From positions 186,001 through 250,000 of the forward strand of contig JALMLS010000027.1 of assembly GCA_038496445.1 (NCBI GenBank): a stretch of DNA of 64,000 bases, in the 5' to 3' direction. The DNA is from Trichosphaerium sp. ATCC 40318 (Eukaryota; Protista; Tubulinea). Position 1 is the stretch's first letter. Each line of letters begins with the position of its first letter. The notes beneath the pieces were generated by a model. The model saw only the letters and a list, made by a program, of their open reading frames with translations. It searched no databases and was not told where the DNA came from. Of the stretch, positions 50,430 through 62,681 are shown piece by piece. The position numbers and the translations under genes are program-made.

Positions 50430-51387
50430 CTAGTTCGACCCTGGCAAATGTACGCTTATGCTCAAATAGTCACCAGTTTTGAATCTAAGATCTTTTAGCG
50501 ACCTGTCGCTTCCGTTTCTCGTTGGTGTAGAGCCTACAGGTTCTCTAAATCTTGTTAAACCATTCCTAAAGTAGTCAGATATATCGCTAGTACTACAATA
50601 CGGGTGGAGAGTTTGTCCATGGATATGTAAACAAACAATAAACAAAAGCATGCTAGTACCTTGGATCTGGGTACATGAAGCGAAAGCCAAATCTGGCTTG
50701 TCTGTTCCTCGCCTCAACATTCACTTTCTTTACAAGATCGGTAACTTCGCGTAAAGTAGCGTCCTAATAAATCATAAGATAAAAAAAGAGGTGTCACTAT
50801 TTTGAGTCAAAATGTCGTGCCATCCATGTGTAAATCTGAACTTCGGATTCTTCTGGTAGTTTGCCATCAAAGTCAGACTCTCTACGACGGTATTTAGCGT
50901 ATTGTTGCTGTGAACATAATTTTTATTTTATTCAACGTACTTGTGGTGGTTTCCAACTTTGAGAAATACGCGTAATAGAAGGGGACATGTCTGTTAAAAC
51001 AATTAATTGGTGGCGTTTTTGTGATAACTCTTTGAACTTGCCTTTTCTCTGTCAACCTTGAAATTGGTAGCATTACGTGTAGCAAAGACCTTTCTGCCTC
51101 TATTTGGTGGTGCTCGCCTACAAAACACGATTTTAATTAACTTCAACGCTGGCAGTGTACCTATCACCGCCCATGCGCCTATCAGCCGGTCTGCCACCTC
51201 TAAAATCTCTTCTGTCTCTGTCCCTCCTGTTATCCCTCATATCTCTGTCTGATTGCCATCTACCACCTCGTGGGCCTCCTTTATCACCACGAAAGCCTCT
51301 ATCGCGTGTCGGCCCTCTATCGCGCCTATCATCTCTCCTATCATCCCTGCGATAATTGTCCCTGTCGTTTCTACCACGGTACGACAT
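50430..51387 (-). CDS. SAP18: Sin3-associated protein SAP18 with RD/RG-rich N-terminal extension
   Basis: VDREK|TCPLLLRVF, EVQIYTW, DATLREVTDLVK, LRFKTGDYLSISV. Confidence 0.92.
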
Positions 51388-51701
51388 TTTGTAGTGGCTT
51401 AAGCTCAAGCTGTTATTCCGTTAAGCAGCTAATTCGTCATACCCTTTTGTTACAACACCTCCAATCTTGTACGTACACATCTTCATTCATCCCAACGAAT
51501 ACGCGTTTACTGGAGCACCGCTTTTTTTTTGCTGGCATTTTACGTGTTCCCCAACGAAAACGTTCGTAAATATGTTCCTGAAATCACTCTTATGGTGTAA
51601 TTTCGTTTCTTTAAATTGAGGGGAACGAACAGTTTACCACTACTTTCTTATTGCATATTTTATTGTCGTTATGGGCTGTACACCTAATATGTATTCAGAA
51701 A

Positions 51702-53376
51702 ATGGCAAGACAAGCTCCTTTAAAACCTTGGCAAACTGGTAGCGCTGATGGCCCTCCTACAGCTACTAGCGCGTTAGCTCTTCAGTCCCCGAGCGCTATG
51801 AGCGCTGCTGGAAGCACCAGTCCAGCAATTCCTGCTCGCGATGGTACAGGCGTCTCGCCTGGTTTTTCCACGTATGGTGGTAGCTACAATACAGCAGGCA
51901 TGCTAACACGTTTGCCACATTTTGTTAATTATTCAGCAGGTGGATACGGAAGTAGTTACGGCAGTAGATATGGCAGTGGGTATGGTGGCTATGGCGGTGG
52001 TACGTAATATTACAATTCTTCCATTACATTGGGAAATACGAGTTTCCTTGTTTTTTTTTTTTGGTTTGGCGATTATTACTTTTTTTTGGCTTATTTCTTA
52101 TTTCAAGGCCTCTCGAGCTATGGTGGCGGGTATAATCGATTTGGTAGTTCTTATGGAGGCTATGGCAGTAGCTATGGTAGCAGGTATGGCGGTGGTTACG
52201 GAAGTAGTTTTGGAAGCAGTTATGGCGGTGGTTATGGTGGTGGCTATGGAAGTAGTTATGGCGGTTACGGCGGTGGCTATGGTGGTTATGGCGGCGGAAT
52301 GATGCAAAATGGACAAATGGGTCCTCAGGGTGGCATGATGCAAAACGGTGTACGTAGTATTATATTAATCTAACAGTGCTTTTTCACATAAGAGCCTATT
52401 CAGTTTTTTTTTGTTAAAACCCTTCTACTCGTCAGCGTCTACGTGTCATTTATTTATTTTTTTTTAATTTTATTCTAGATGGTACAACGCGGTATGGGAT
52501 GGCTACAACAAATTGAATCTGTCACAACAAATGTTGGCCGATTTTCTTGGCTTTTGGACACAAACTTTCAAGCTGTTCATGGTTCCTTTACTTCTATTCT
52601 ACAATTAATAGAAGGAGTCACAATACTCACTAGAGAGCTCGGTTGCACTTTCTCGAGCATTTTCATAATTAAACTATTCTACGCGGGTTTACGACGTATA
52701 ATCAATATGGTAATGAAAGCAATGGGCGCTAAAGAGGAGTTTAACCTCAAAGCGTTCGAAAAATTTTCAGAAGAGTCAAATGTGGCTGCTTCAGCTGGTG
52801 GAAAGCCTAAACCAAAGAACAAAGCATACTGGGCTTCTATTTTCGTTACAATTGGCGTTTTTTGTATTGGTGGACCTCTTTTGATTGGAATAATTGAAGG
52901 TATAATTAACCGCGTACGTGGTGGTAAAAAATCAGGTTCAATGGATAAAGCTTGGGGAAAAGGTGAAAGAATGAGGTACATAATACAAATACACGTGTAA
53001 AATTTTTTTATTTTTCCCAGCCGAAAAAGCACACTTGACTGATTTTTATTTCGAATTTTTCGACTTTTTGAATGAAATAAATGACTGGAAAAATTGTTAA
53101 AACTCTTTTGTAGAGCTCAACATGATTATCGTGCTCAGCGACGTGATGAGTTGGAATTTAGAGCAGGTGAAGTTATAGTGATAAAAGGTATGCAAAGCTT
53201 TTTTTTTTTTTTTTTTGGTGTTTTATTAATCTTCTTTGTTAGAAAAACCTTTTGATAAATGGTGGGTTGGTGAAATTGAAGGTGTCATGCCACCTCGGGT
53301 GGGACTTGTACCTTCGACTTTGTTGAGTCCAATTGTAGAAACTGTTAAAGTAGAACCTGTAGAGCCTGTAAAATAA
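51702..53376 (+). CDS. PEX13: Peroxisomal docking protein Pex13
   Basis: PLKPWQ, YG-rich region, QIESV...[26 protein letters not shown]-terminal SH3 ([27 protein letters not shown]). Confidence 0.92.
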
Positions 53377-53896
53377 GAAAATTACTGTTTACTACGCTGT
53401 TTGTTTGTTTGCTATTCTCCACAATGTTGTACGTGTTAAAAAACTGGTGATTTACAAAGGGTGTAGTAGATGTTCTCTATCATAGGGTCCAAGTGAGGGC
53501 GTAAATGAGGCAATAAAACCTATTGCTATCGGTCAATATTAATGTAATGTCTGTATTCGATATTGGATTCTGAGATGCGAAGTTGTGAAGTAGTAAATCA
53601 GCCAAAAGAAAAAACTGAAATTTCGCTAAAAATACACGTAATGAAAATTGTAAGCAAAAATCGTGGAGTATCCAAGTTTTTAATTAAAAAGTGTATTTAC
53701 AATAGAAACTGATGTATGTACTCACGCGTATTTAGCGTCATCGCTAGTGCTTCTAATCTTATGTCAAGTTAAAAACACGGAAAATAGCCTATTTCGGTTT
53801 AGAAGTCACACAACCAACAAATAACTAGTAAACTAGTATATTTCTCCTTCTATCCCTAAAGTAGAGTTGTGTTAGCTATCACTTAATATGACTACA

Positions 53897-56800
53897 CTTC
53901 ATCTGTCACGTGATCACAGTTGTTAGGACAACATCGTACAGGTTGATAAAACCTTGGAAGCAGTACAAAAAGCACGTGGTTAGCATTTTATAGAAACTTC
54001 GCGTCGCTTAAACATTTCCAGCTCAAGGAGAAATTCGAAGTGTCCTCTGTTCACAAGTATTTGGCTTAGCTTGGATTAAGTTTTTTAAGTCATTATTTTT
54101 AGCGAAACAACATTATGACCACCTGACGGCAAATCAAACGAGCCCAAAAGGGGGGAAGCGATAATGTCCAACCTGAGGGGAGGTCGCAAGAAAGCGTCAA
54201 ATAAGCGCAAAGCTCCAAAAGCGCCACTATCCACCAGAAGGGCAGCAAAAAAGCAAAAGCACTTGACAGTGGCGTCAGTGATGACTAAATTTCCGCGAAG
54301 GGAGCTGCGCGCCATTTGTTCTGCTCTAAAGTTGAGTACAAAAGGCCGTACCGCTCAACAATTAGTTGATACCATTGAACAGCATCCTAAAACACGTACG
54401 GTAGCCTTTTTTTAGTACTTTTTTTTTTTTTTTTGCGTTTAATGACACTTATTGATCAATAACCGTTATTCTAGTCCAATTGAAGCGTTTGAAGGTGCCA
54501 GAATTAAAGGATCTATGTAGAAGCCTTGAAGTGCCAATTGGTAAAAAAGTAAAGGCGCAATTGGCCGTTAGTCTCCTAACAAAGTATAAACGTACGCTTT
54601 TTTTTTTACCGCGGATTTTTCAAACTGCCGCGTGTTTTTGAAAAACGGTTCAAAAAAATACCTGGAATTACTTGTTGTGTTGCCTTCTAATCAATGCTCT
54701 GTAGTACCCAAACCGGCCATTCGACCAAGAGTAACCAAGGGATCAACCCCAACTTCCCAAGCTCTTGCCGGTAAAGTAAAAAAAAGGCGCAAATGTCGCC
54801 GAATCATCAAAATAAAACGAACTCGTAAGACTCCAGGCTCGTCTACACGTGCCACAAGCGAACAAAAAGCCTCGAGATCCACTGGTCCAATCGCACCCGC
54901 ATCTCCACTGAACATATCTGTCAGTAGGCGGTCAAGTGGAAGCTCAACTGATTCAATATCATACAACGCATCTGATTCTCCAGAAACTACCAAATCTAAG
55001 CGCCTTCGACAGGTGGTCATCACAAATGAGGGTTATGAACAAGAAAAGAGCGTGAATAATGCAATTCTTATGAGCGAGATTCGAAAATTGAAAGCGAAAG
55101 ATGCTCAAAGAGACGCGAAAGATGCTGAAAGAGACGCGAAAGATGCTGAACGAGATGCTGAAGTGCGTGCCACAAAGGCGCTGGCGAAATCAAATGAATA
55201 TGCAATTGCATTGATAAAACTGCGAAAGGACCACCTCCATTCTCTCTCAATATTGAGTACGCTCAGTTTTTTGACCACTCTTTTTTTTGTGATAACACGT
55301 GTACTCAAATGACACTCACACTTAATTTTATTGTAGAGTACTCAGAACTGTACAGTAAATTCGACAACCTTGGAGATATACTATTCAAGGAGAACTCATG
55401 GTTCGACGGTTCATGTTTGAAGTATTTTCGCGGACTGCCTAAAAACGTGTTCGCAAAGATGCTCAAGCAACAAACAGCCACAAAAACCACAGATAAACCA
55501 AAGAAAACCTGGCAACAAAAGGAAGACTACCTCACCGAGAAAACTGTTGAACTGTTGAACAAGGGTAATACGTCTGATTACATGATGGCTTTTGACGCCA
55601 AAAGTAACCACACATTTCCAAAAACATCTACGCACGGTTTTGCCAAACCAGACATTCTCCTGGCACCTAGAAACCTTGGTATTACGTTGCCAACATCGTA
55701 TCAGATTATAGTACCATGGGAGGTGAAGTTGGTTGTGGGACAATCCAAAGGTTTTGAACCAGCAAAACTCGGACAAATAATGTACGGACTTCTTTTTTCT
55801 TCTCTTTTGTGTGCATTGTTGACCTAGTTCTAGGATGTATTGTATTCGTGTCATGTCTGCTCAGCCAACACGTACATCAGTGACAGCAGTTATTTCAAAT
55901 GAAAAATACGTCCAGTTCTTGCGTATGGAGTGGGACGGCATAACTGCAAAAGGCGATAAATTCTATTTTACAGAAGTTTATGATTTTGTTGGTAAAGACT
56001 CTGAGGGTGCAAAGATGATCAACCAACTCATGGCATGCTCTCCTGAGCAACTTGGATGGACCGTACCTCAGTTTAAAATCGGTGGGACTTACTATGCAGC
56101 AACGAATATTCTTGGTAAAGGTGCATCAGCATCTGTCTACCAGGTCCGAGCAGATGATAAGACTTATGCTGTAAAACATCTCCTTCCAAAGTACCTGCCA
56201 GAGGCGAAACATGAAGTGAAAATACTCAATAAGCTAAAGCCATGTGAGGATGCTCATGTTCCAACAGTAGCACGTACCTCTTGGAAACCTGGAAGACAAG
56301 TACGTTTTGGTTTTTTATTCTTGATTGGAAAGTTTTGTGTTTTTTTTCCTTGTTTGTACTGACGTTGTTACCAGAACCCTAACAAGATATTTTTCGTATC
56401 TGAACCCGTGGGTCAAGTGCTGAGCGCAGATGAATTCTCTATTACAGGCCTCGTGTGCTCATTTTCATCTCTTGTTAAGACACTACAGGCTGCACACAAT
56501 TTAGGATTTGTACACAGGTATGCTCATTCACGTGGGTTTTTCTTATCTTGAACTTATTATGTCCTCTTAATTAACTCTTTTTCTCTTTCAGGGATATCTC
56601 ACTTACAAACGTGATATGGTTTGAAAATGAGTTGTATATTATTGACTGGGCATGTGCTGCTAAAAAAGGTGTGGAAGTTCTGTTCCAAGGCAACGTTCTG
56701 TTTGCACCTTCAAAATTGTGTCTGGAGTACAAACGTGATGTCAAATTTACTCCACGACCATGGCACGATCTCGTATCCCTTGTCAAGATGTATGCATACT

Positions 56801-57273
56801 TGACACTACCAAGGCAAGCTCGTATCGAGTGTTTTATTGAACCATTCGAACAAATTGATTGGGTTACAGATCCACAACGTAGTTTTGCTGCCCAAAAGAA
56901 ACTTAGTATGAATTGGGAAAATTTACTCCCTTATTTCAAAATACCTATGGCGTATGCACAAAAAACAGACTATGCCAAACTTGGAGCATGGTTTGATGAG
57001 AAGTTTATGTGGAGTAACCTTAAGACCGTCACTGATGAAGACGTGAATAATGCCACATATGATGAAGGAAAACCAATTGGTCAGCGATTTTCCTAGCTTG
57101 TAAAATAGATTGATAGATTTTGGATTGATAATAACACACATTGTAAATATTGTTTTCTTCACCCTATTAAATAAACTTATCACCCAAAGTATCTTGAAAT
57201 GACTAGTGGTTTGTTGTATTCTGGTAACCGTGTACGAGATTTTTAACAGGAAATACTAACTACAATAGGGTGG
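53897..57273. repeat. Right arm of the long inverted repeat; partner about 13180-16720
   Basis: Reverse complement of copy B and its flanks. Confidence 0.9.
54164..57096 (+). CDS. REase-like + FunK1/Crinkler-type protein kinase, copy C (SAP-like header)
   Basis: Same exons and motifs as copy B, opposite strand. Confidence 0.8.
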
Positions 57274-57557
57274 CGTGGGAAAGTACGTGTATGGAACAAG
57301 CTAGGTACATTTCTTCCATCTTACATAAAATAAAAATGCTGGTTGGATTCTATTTGGTTTTTATTCCACGATAACCGAGTCTGTTTTTATTTTTTATAAC
57401 CTACATGATTTTTTTGAATCTTCACACTGAAAATAAACGCATAGTTTGAATCCCATCACCGAAAATAAATACACAGTTTATTCGATAAGGTGAAAAAACC
57501 CCAATATTTACAATGTGTGTTATTATCAATCCAAAATCCATCAATCTATTTTACAAG

Positions 57558-59985
57558 CTAGGAAAATCGCTGACCAATTGGTTTTCCTTCATCATATGTG
57601 GTATTATTCACGTCTTCAGCAGTAACAGCCTTAATATTACTCCACATAAACTTCTCATCAAACCATGCTCCAAGTTTGGCATAGTCTGTTTTTTGTGCAT
57701 ACGCCATAGGTACTTTGAAATAAGGGAGTAAATTTTCCCAATTCATACTTATCATCTTTTGGGCAGTAGAACTACGTTGTGGATCTGTATTCCAATCAAT
57801 TTGTTCGAATGGTTCAATAAAACACTCAATACGAGCTTGCCTTGGTAGTGTCAAGTATGCATACATCTTGACAAGGGATACAAGATCGTGCCATGGTCGT
57901 GGAGTAAATTTGACATTGCGTCTGTACTCGATACACAATTTTGAAGGTGCAAATAGAACGTTGCCTTGGAACAGAACTTCCACACCTTTTTTGGTAGCAC
58001 ACGCCCAGTCAATAATATACAACTCATTTTCAAACCATATCACGTTTGTAAGTGAGATATCCCTGAAAGAAAAAAAGAGTTAATTAAGAGCATAATAAGT
58101 TCAAGATAAGAAAAACCCACGTGAATGAGCATACCTGTGTACAAATCCTAAATTGTGTGCAGCCTGTAGTGTCTTAACAAGAGATGAAAATGAGCACACG
58201 AGGCCTGTAATAGAGAATTCATCTGCGCTCAGCACTTGACCCACTGGTTCAGATACGAAAAATATCTTGTTAGGGTTCTGGTAACAATGTCAGTACAAAC
58301 AAGAAAGAAGGAAAAGAAAGAAAAAAACCAAACGTACTTGTCTTCCAGGTTTCCATGATGTACATGCTACTGTTGGAACATGAGCATTCTCATACGGCTT
58401 TAACTTATTGAGTATGTCCACTTCATGTTTCGCCTCCTCCAGGAATTGTGGAAAGAGATGTTTCACAGCATAAGTCTTATCATCTGCTCGGACCTGGTAG
58501 ACAGATGCTGATGCACCTTTACCAAGAATATTCGTTGCTGCATAGTAAGTCCCACCGATTTTAAACTGAGGTACGGTCCATCCAAGTTCCTCAGGAGAGC
58601 ATGCCATGAGGTGGTTGATCATCTTTGCACCCTCAGAGTCTTTACCAACAAAATCATAAACTTCTGTAAAATAGAATTTATCGCCTTTTGCAGTTATGCC
58701 GTCCCACTCCATACGCAAGAACTGGACGTATTTCTCATTTGAAATAACTGCTGTCACTGATGTACGTGTTGGCTGAGCAGACATGACACGAATACAATAC
58801 ATCCTAGAAACTATGTTAGCAACACACAAAAGAAAAAGCAAAAAAGTGACATTCAGGAGGTCATACATTATTTGTCCAAGTTTTGCTGGTTCGAATGTTT
58901 TGGATTGTCCCACAACCAACTTCACCTCCCATGGTACTATAATCTGATACGATGTTGGAAACGTAATACCAAGGTTTCTAGGTGCCAGAAGAATGTCTGG
59001 TTTAGCAAAACCGTGCGTAGATGTTTTTGGAAATGTGTGGTTACTTTTGGCATCAAAAGCCATCATGTAATCAGACGTATTACCCTTGTTCAACAGTTCA
59101 ACAGTTTTCTCGGTGAGGTAGTCTTCCTTTTGTTGCCAGGTTTTCTTTGGTTTATCTGTGGTTTTTGTGGCTGTTTGTTGCTTGAGCATCTTTGCGAACA
59201 CGTTTTTAGGCAGTCCGCGAAAATACTTCAAACATGAACCGTCGAACCATGAGTTCTCCTTGAATAGTATATCTCCAAGGTCGTCGAATTTACTGTACAG
59301 TTCTGAGTACTCTACAATAAAATTAAGTGTGAGTGTCATTTGAGTACACGTGGTACAAAAAAAAGAGTGGGGTCAAAAAACTGAGCGTACTCATTATTGA
59401 GAGAGAATGGAGGTGGTTCTTTCGCAGTCTTATCAATGCAACTGCAGCGTCAAGTCCGTTTAATCGTGCCTCTGTGATCTTCTCTCTCGCGTCCCTTTCA
59501 GCATCTTTCGCGTCTCTTTCAGCATCTCTTGCATCTCTTTCAGCATCTCTTTGAGCATCTTTCGCTTTCAATTTTCGAATCTCGCTCGTAATAATTTCAC
59601 GTTGTGCATCTTTTGCATCTCTTGCTACATCTTTCGCTTTCAATTTTCGAATCTCGCTCATAATAATTTCATCCATACTCCTTTCTTGTTCACAACCCTC
59701 ATCATATGGTATTGAACCAGTTGAGCTTCCACTATATTTATTTGACAGACCTACGCGTGTGGTAGGACTAGTTGGCCTCAAGGTCTTTGGTGTGTGCGTA
59801 ATACGGCGTTTAGTTGGACAAGTTCGTTTTATTTTGATGATTCGGCGGCCTTTGTTTGCCAAATGTAGGGCAGGTGTTTTGGTTGCCTTTTTTTGCTTTT
59901 TGGCGAGCCTGTCGGTGTTTAGTGGCGCTTTTGGGGCTTTGCGCTTATTTAACGCTTTCTTGCGAGTTTCTCTGAGTTTGGACAT
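57558..59985 (-). CDS. REase-like + FunK1/Crinkler-type protein kinase, copy D (short basic header)
   Basis: Header as in copy A, body as in copy C; convergent with C. Confidence 0.8.
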
Positions 59986-60435
59986 GTTCGGCGCTGTGCC
60001 CTTGTGGGTTATGTGTAATACAAGTGTTTGCTACCAGTGGTCATTGTGTTGTTTCGTTAAAATAATGACTTAAATGCTGATACACATGTGAACATATAAA
60101 TGTATATAAATGTTAGACACGTGCTTGAACAAGAGGCAGAGCGCTAGCTCATACTGTATTATTCACGTGCTTTTTGTACTAGTGATTACAAAGTTGTGTC
60201 CATCTTCTCCACAAACAAGAACAAGCGTTGCCCAGATCTGCAAGATTTAATAGCAAAGTGCATGTTCAACAAGAGCCAGTTTTCTTCGTTGTGGTACTTG
60301 TAAAAAAACAATAAACGTAAACTTTGGGTAAGGTATACGTCATACTAACTGGAACAAACTCCAAGTAAGCTTCTTCCATCTTATACATAACGATAGGACA
60401 AGGTGACTTGCTTGGTTTTCGTTCCACATTTACAA

Positions 60436-61578
60436 CTAATCATTCTTTATTTTACTTTTTACACAACAACATTTATATAGGCTGTACGTAAGTATCATCA
60501 AACCTAAGACAGCGCCAATGCATAATACCATAAAGTATTTGATGATAAAACTCATTTCATCTAAGTTACATAGCATAGGAGAACCGTGTTTAGGAAACTT
60601 TTCACAAAACAATTCTGTGTATCTTTCTTTGATTGTTCTTTCATCCTTAGCTCCCAGTGGCTTTAACACAAAATCAAACTTCACATCATTACCTTCAGGT
60701 AAGCGTAGTGACAACATGTTACTACCTAGCACTGCCAATAGCATAAGTAAGAGTATGGTACAACGTGAAGTACGTACCATCATGTGAGCCAACCAAAGAT
60801 GCACGAAAGTCATGCTCAGTAGCCGGGTCATCGTCAAAGTACAGTTGAGTTCCCAGTGGCTCGTATCCAGGATGGCTTACAATTGCGTGAATATGTCTAG
60901 GACCAAAAGGAGGAATATCCATATGATTACCAGTCCAGAAGAACAGGCCTAGCTGAAGATTAAACTTGTTTGGTAGAAAGCAATAATAGCTCACCATATG
61001 CTGACGGTTTCACCGTGGATATCACGTATCCTCCGGCTTCATCCGATGATATTTTTCCTCTGCAATAAGTCCAGTCATTCCCCACTCCGTAGTTTCCAGA
61101 ACCATCAACTTGCCAAATGTCAATAGTGGCGTTTTTAATAATATCTCCAGAATCAGCATCTTTTACTGTGCCACGGATAATCAAACTGCGTGTTTATTTA
61201 GTGATGGGATTCAAAAACTCTCAAAGTGCCTCTAACCTCATGTCATCGTCTGCTACGAACTTCCGCCTCCAACAAAATCCTCCAACACACGAATCGGCGT
61301 CACTGAGGTAAGAAAATAAGTGCTAAAAAAATGTTGTAGTTTCGTTTTGTTTTACCTTATGTAATAACCTGAAAAACCTTCAGTCGGGCATATTTGAGAT
61401 CGCTCAGGCGCATTTAGAACGTAAACTGGTCCTACAATGAGTTTTAGCGTTAACTACTTTTGAGAAAGTTAATTTGAAGGAAAGGAAGGGTACCAAGGGC
61501 AGTTTGAAGCGTAGGACTGAGTTTTTGTGATGCTGCCAAGCACGATAGTATGCACAATGATAAAAATAGAAGATGCAT
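60436..61578 (-). CDS. Intradiol ring-cleavage dioxygenase-like protein with signal peptide and C-terminal TM helix
   Basis: ALGPVY, IIRGTVKD, IDIWQVDGSGNY, CRG, TVKPSAY, PRHIH, GTQLYFDDDP; signal MHLLFLSLCILSCLA; TM YFMVLCIGAVLGLMILTYSLY. Confidence 0.85.
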
Positions 61579-61844
61579 TGTTCTGCGTGGGACAGAGGTT
61601 ACTTTATGTCAAACAGGAGGTCTTAGGTTTTAGTGTATTGGTAGTTAAGTTGTAGGCATCTTTAAATGAAACGACGCACGTGATGCTCCGTGAAACGGTA
61701 AAAATTAAGCCTAAAGTTGTTTGTTCTCGAAACGTCTACAATAAGGATGTAGTACTAGCTGGCATGTTTTAGCTGATGGAGGGTATTTTCGACCAAATTT
61801 GCAATTTTTGGCGACCAAAAACCACAGTGGAAGTTAACCGCACA

Positions 61845-62377
61845 ATGAAGGCTGTACTTCTGTTTCTTTTTACTATTTTATGCGTCTACGCTCTTGATAG
61901 CTATACATGCAAACAACAAGGCGGTGGACAACTAAACACTGCTGTCTGCAACTGCTCCGGATTGAATTTTGGGTGCTGTTCTACTGCTTTTGAATACCGT
62001 ACGATAATTTAGCTAATTTGAGTTGTAATAGCTCTCCGTGCGTAATTTAACCTTGTTTAGGCGAAAACAACCAATCCATTGCGTGTTACTTCGATATAGC
62101 CAAAGATGAGTGTTTTGCAGCAAAACCTTGTCAGCTTGCTGTTGAAACAAACAAATATGACAGCGTCATATGCGCTAAGCAACAATCAATCGAAGAGTGT
62201 ATAGGTAGCTCTCCAAGTGTCTCAGAGATTGAACAAGACCCTATTTTCTGTACTTATGCTGACAATATTGCTTTTCAATGCGTGTGGAACAAGAAAGGTG
62301 TATGTGAGCGAGCCGATGCTGACTTAAATACCGCATTGCTTACACGTGTAACCTATAAACCACCGAAGTGTGAATAA
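61845..62377 (+). CDS. Small secreted cysteine-rich protein
   Basis: Signal MKAVLLFLFTILCVYA; two exons; about 14 Cys in the mature chain. Confidence 0.65.
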
Positions 62378-62681
62378 AGTACTTGAAACTACCTTCCAAT
62401 ATTATTGTCTTTTCATTCACAAAAGTATATTCTTGACATTGTTGGAGTGTAGTCGTAACTGGGGTGAGGGTCCGATCATCCTTGCTTACAACCAAACAAT
62501 CATAGAATAAATGTAAAAACGGCAAGCGACAAAAAAGCTCATCTAGAACGCAAGGCAGAAATAAACAACATTGATTGTTTGAGATGTTATTTGTTTAATT
62601 ATCCTTGTGATATGTTGTTTGTTCCACGTGAAGAAAATTAAATGTTACAATGAAATTGAGTGAGCTCAGAATTTGGTTTTA

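Noticed and set aside
51898-51936. Additional GC-AG intron in PEX13
   Set aside because: The frame stays open without splicing, so it cannot be supported from sequence alone.
51930-52300. Gly/Tyr-rich repeat as a separate structural protein
   Set aside because: It is the normal YG-rich N-terminus of Pex13.
13180-57273. Giant transposon, Polinton or endogenous virus bounded by terminal inverted repeats
   Set aside because: The arms are intron-containing gene copies; no integrase, polymerase, capsid or TSD was seen, and the interior is mostly ordinary housekeeping genes.
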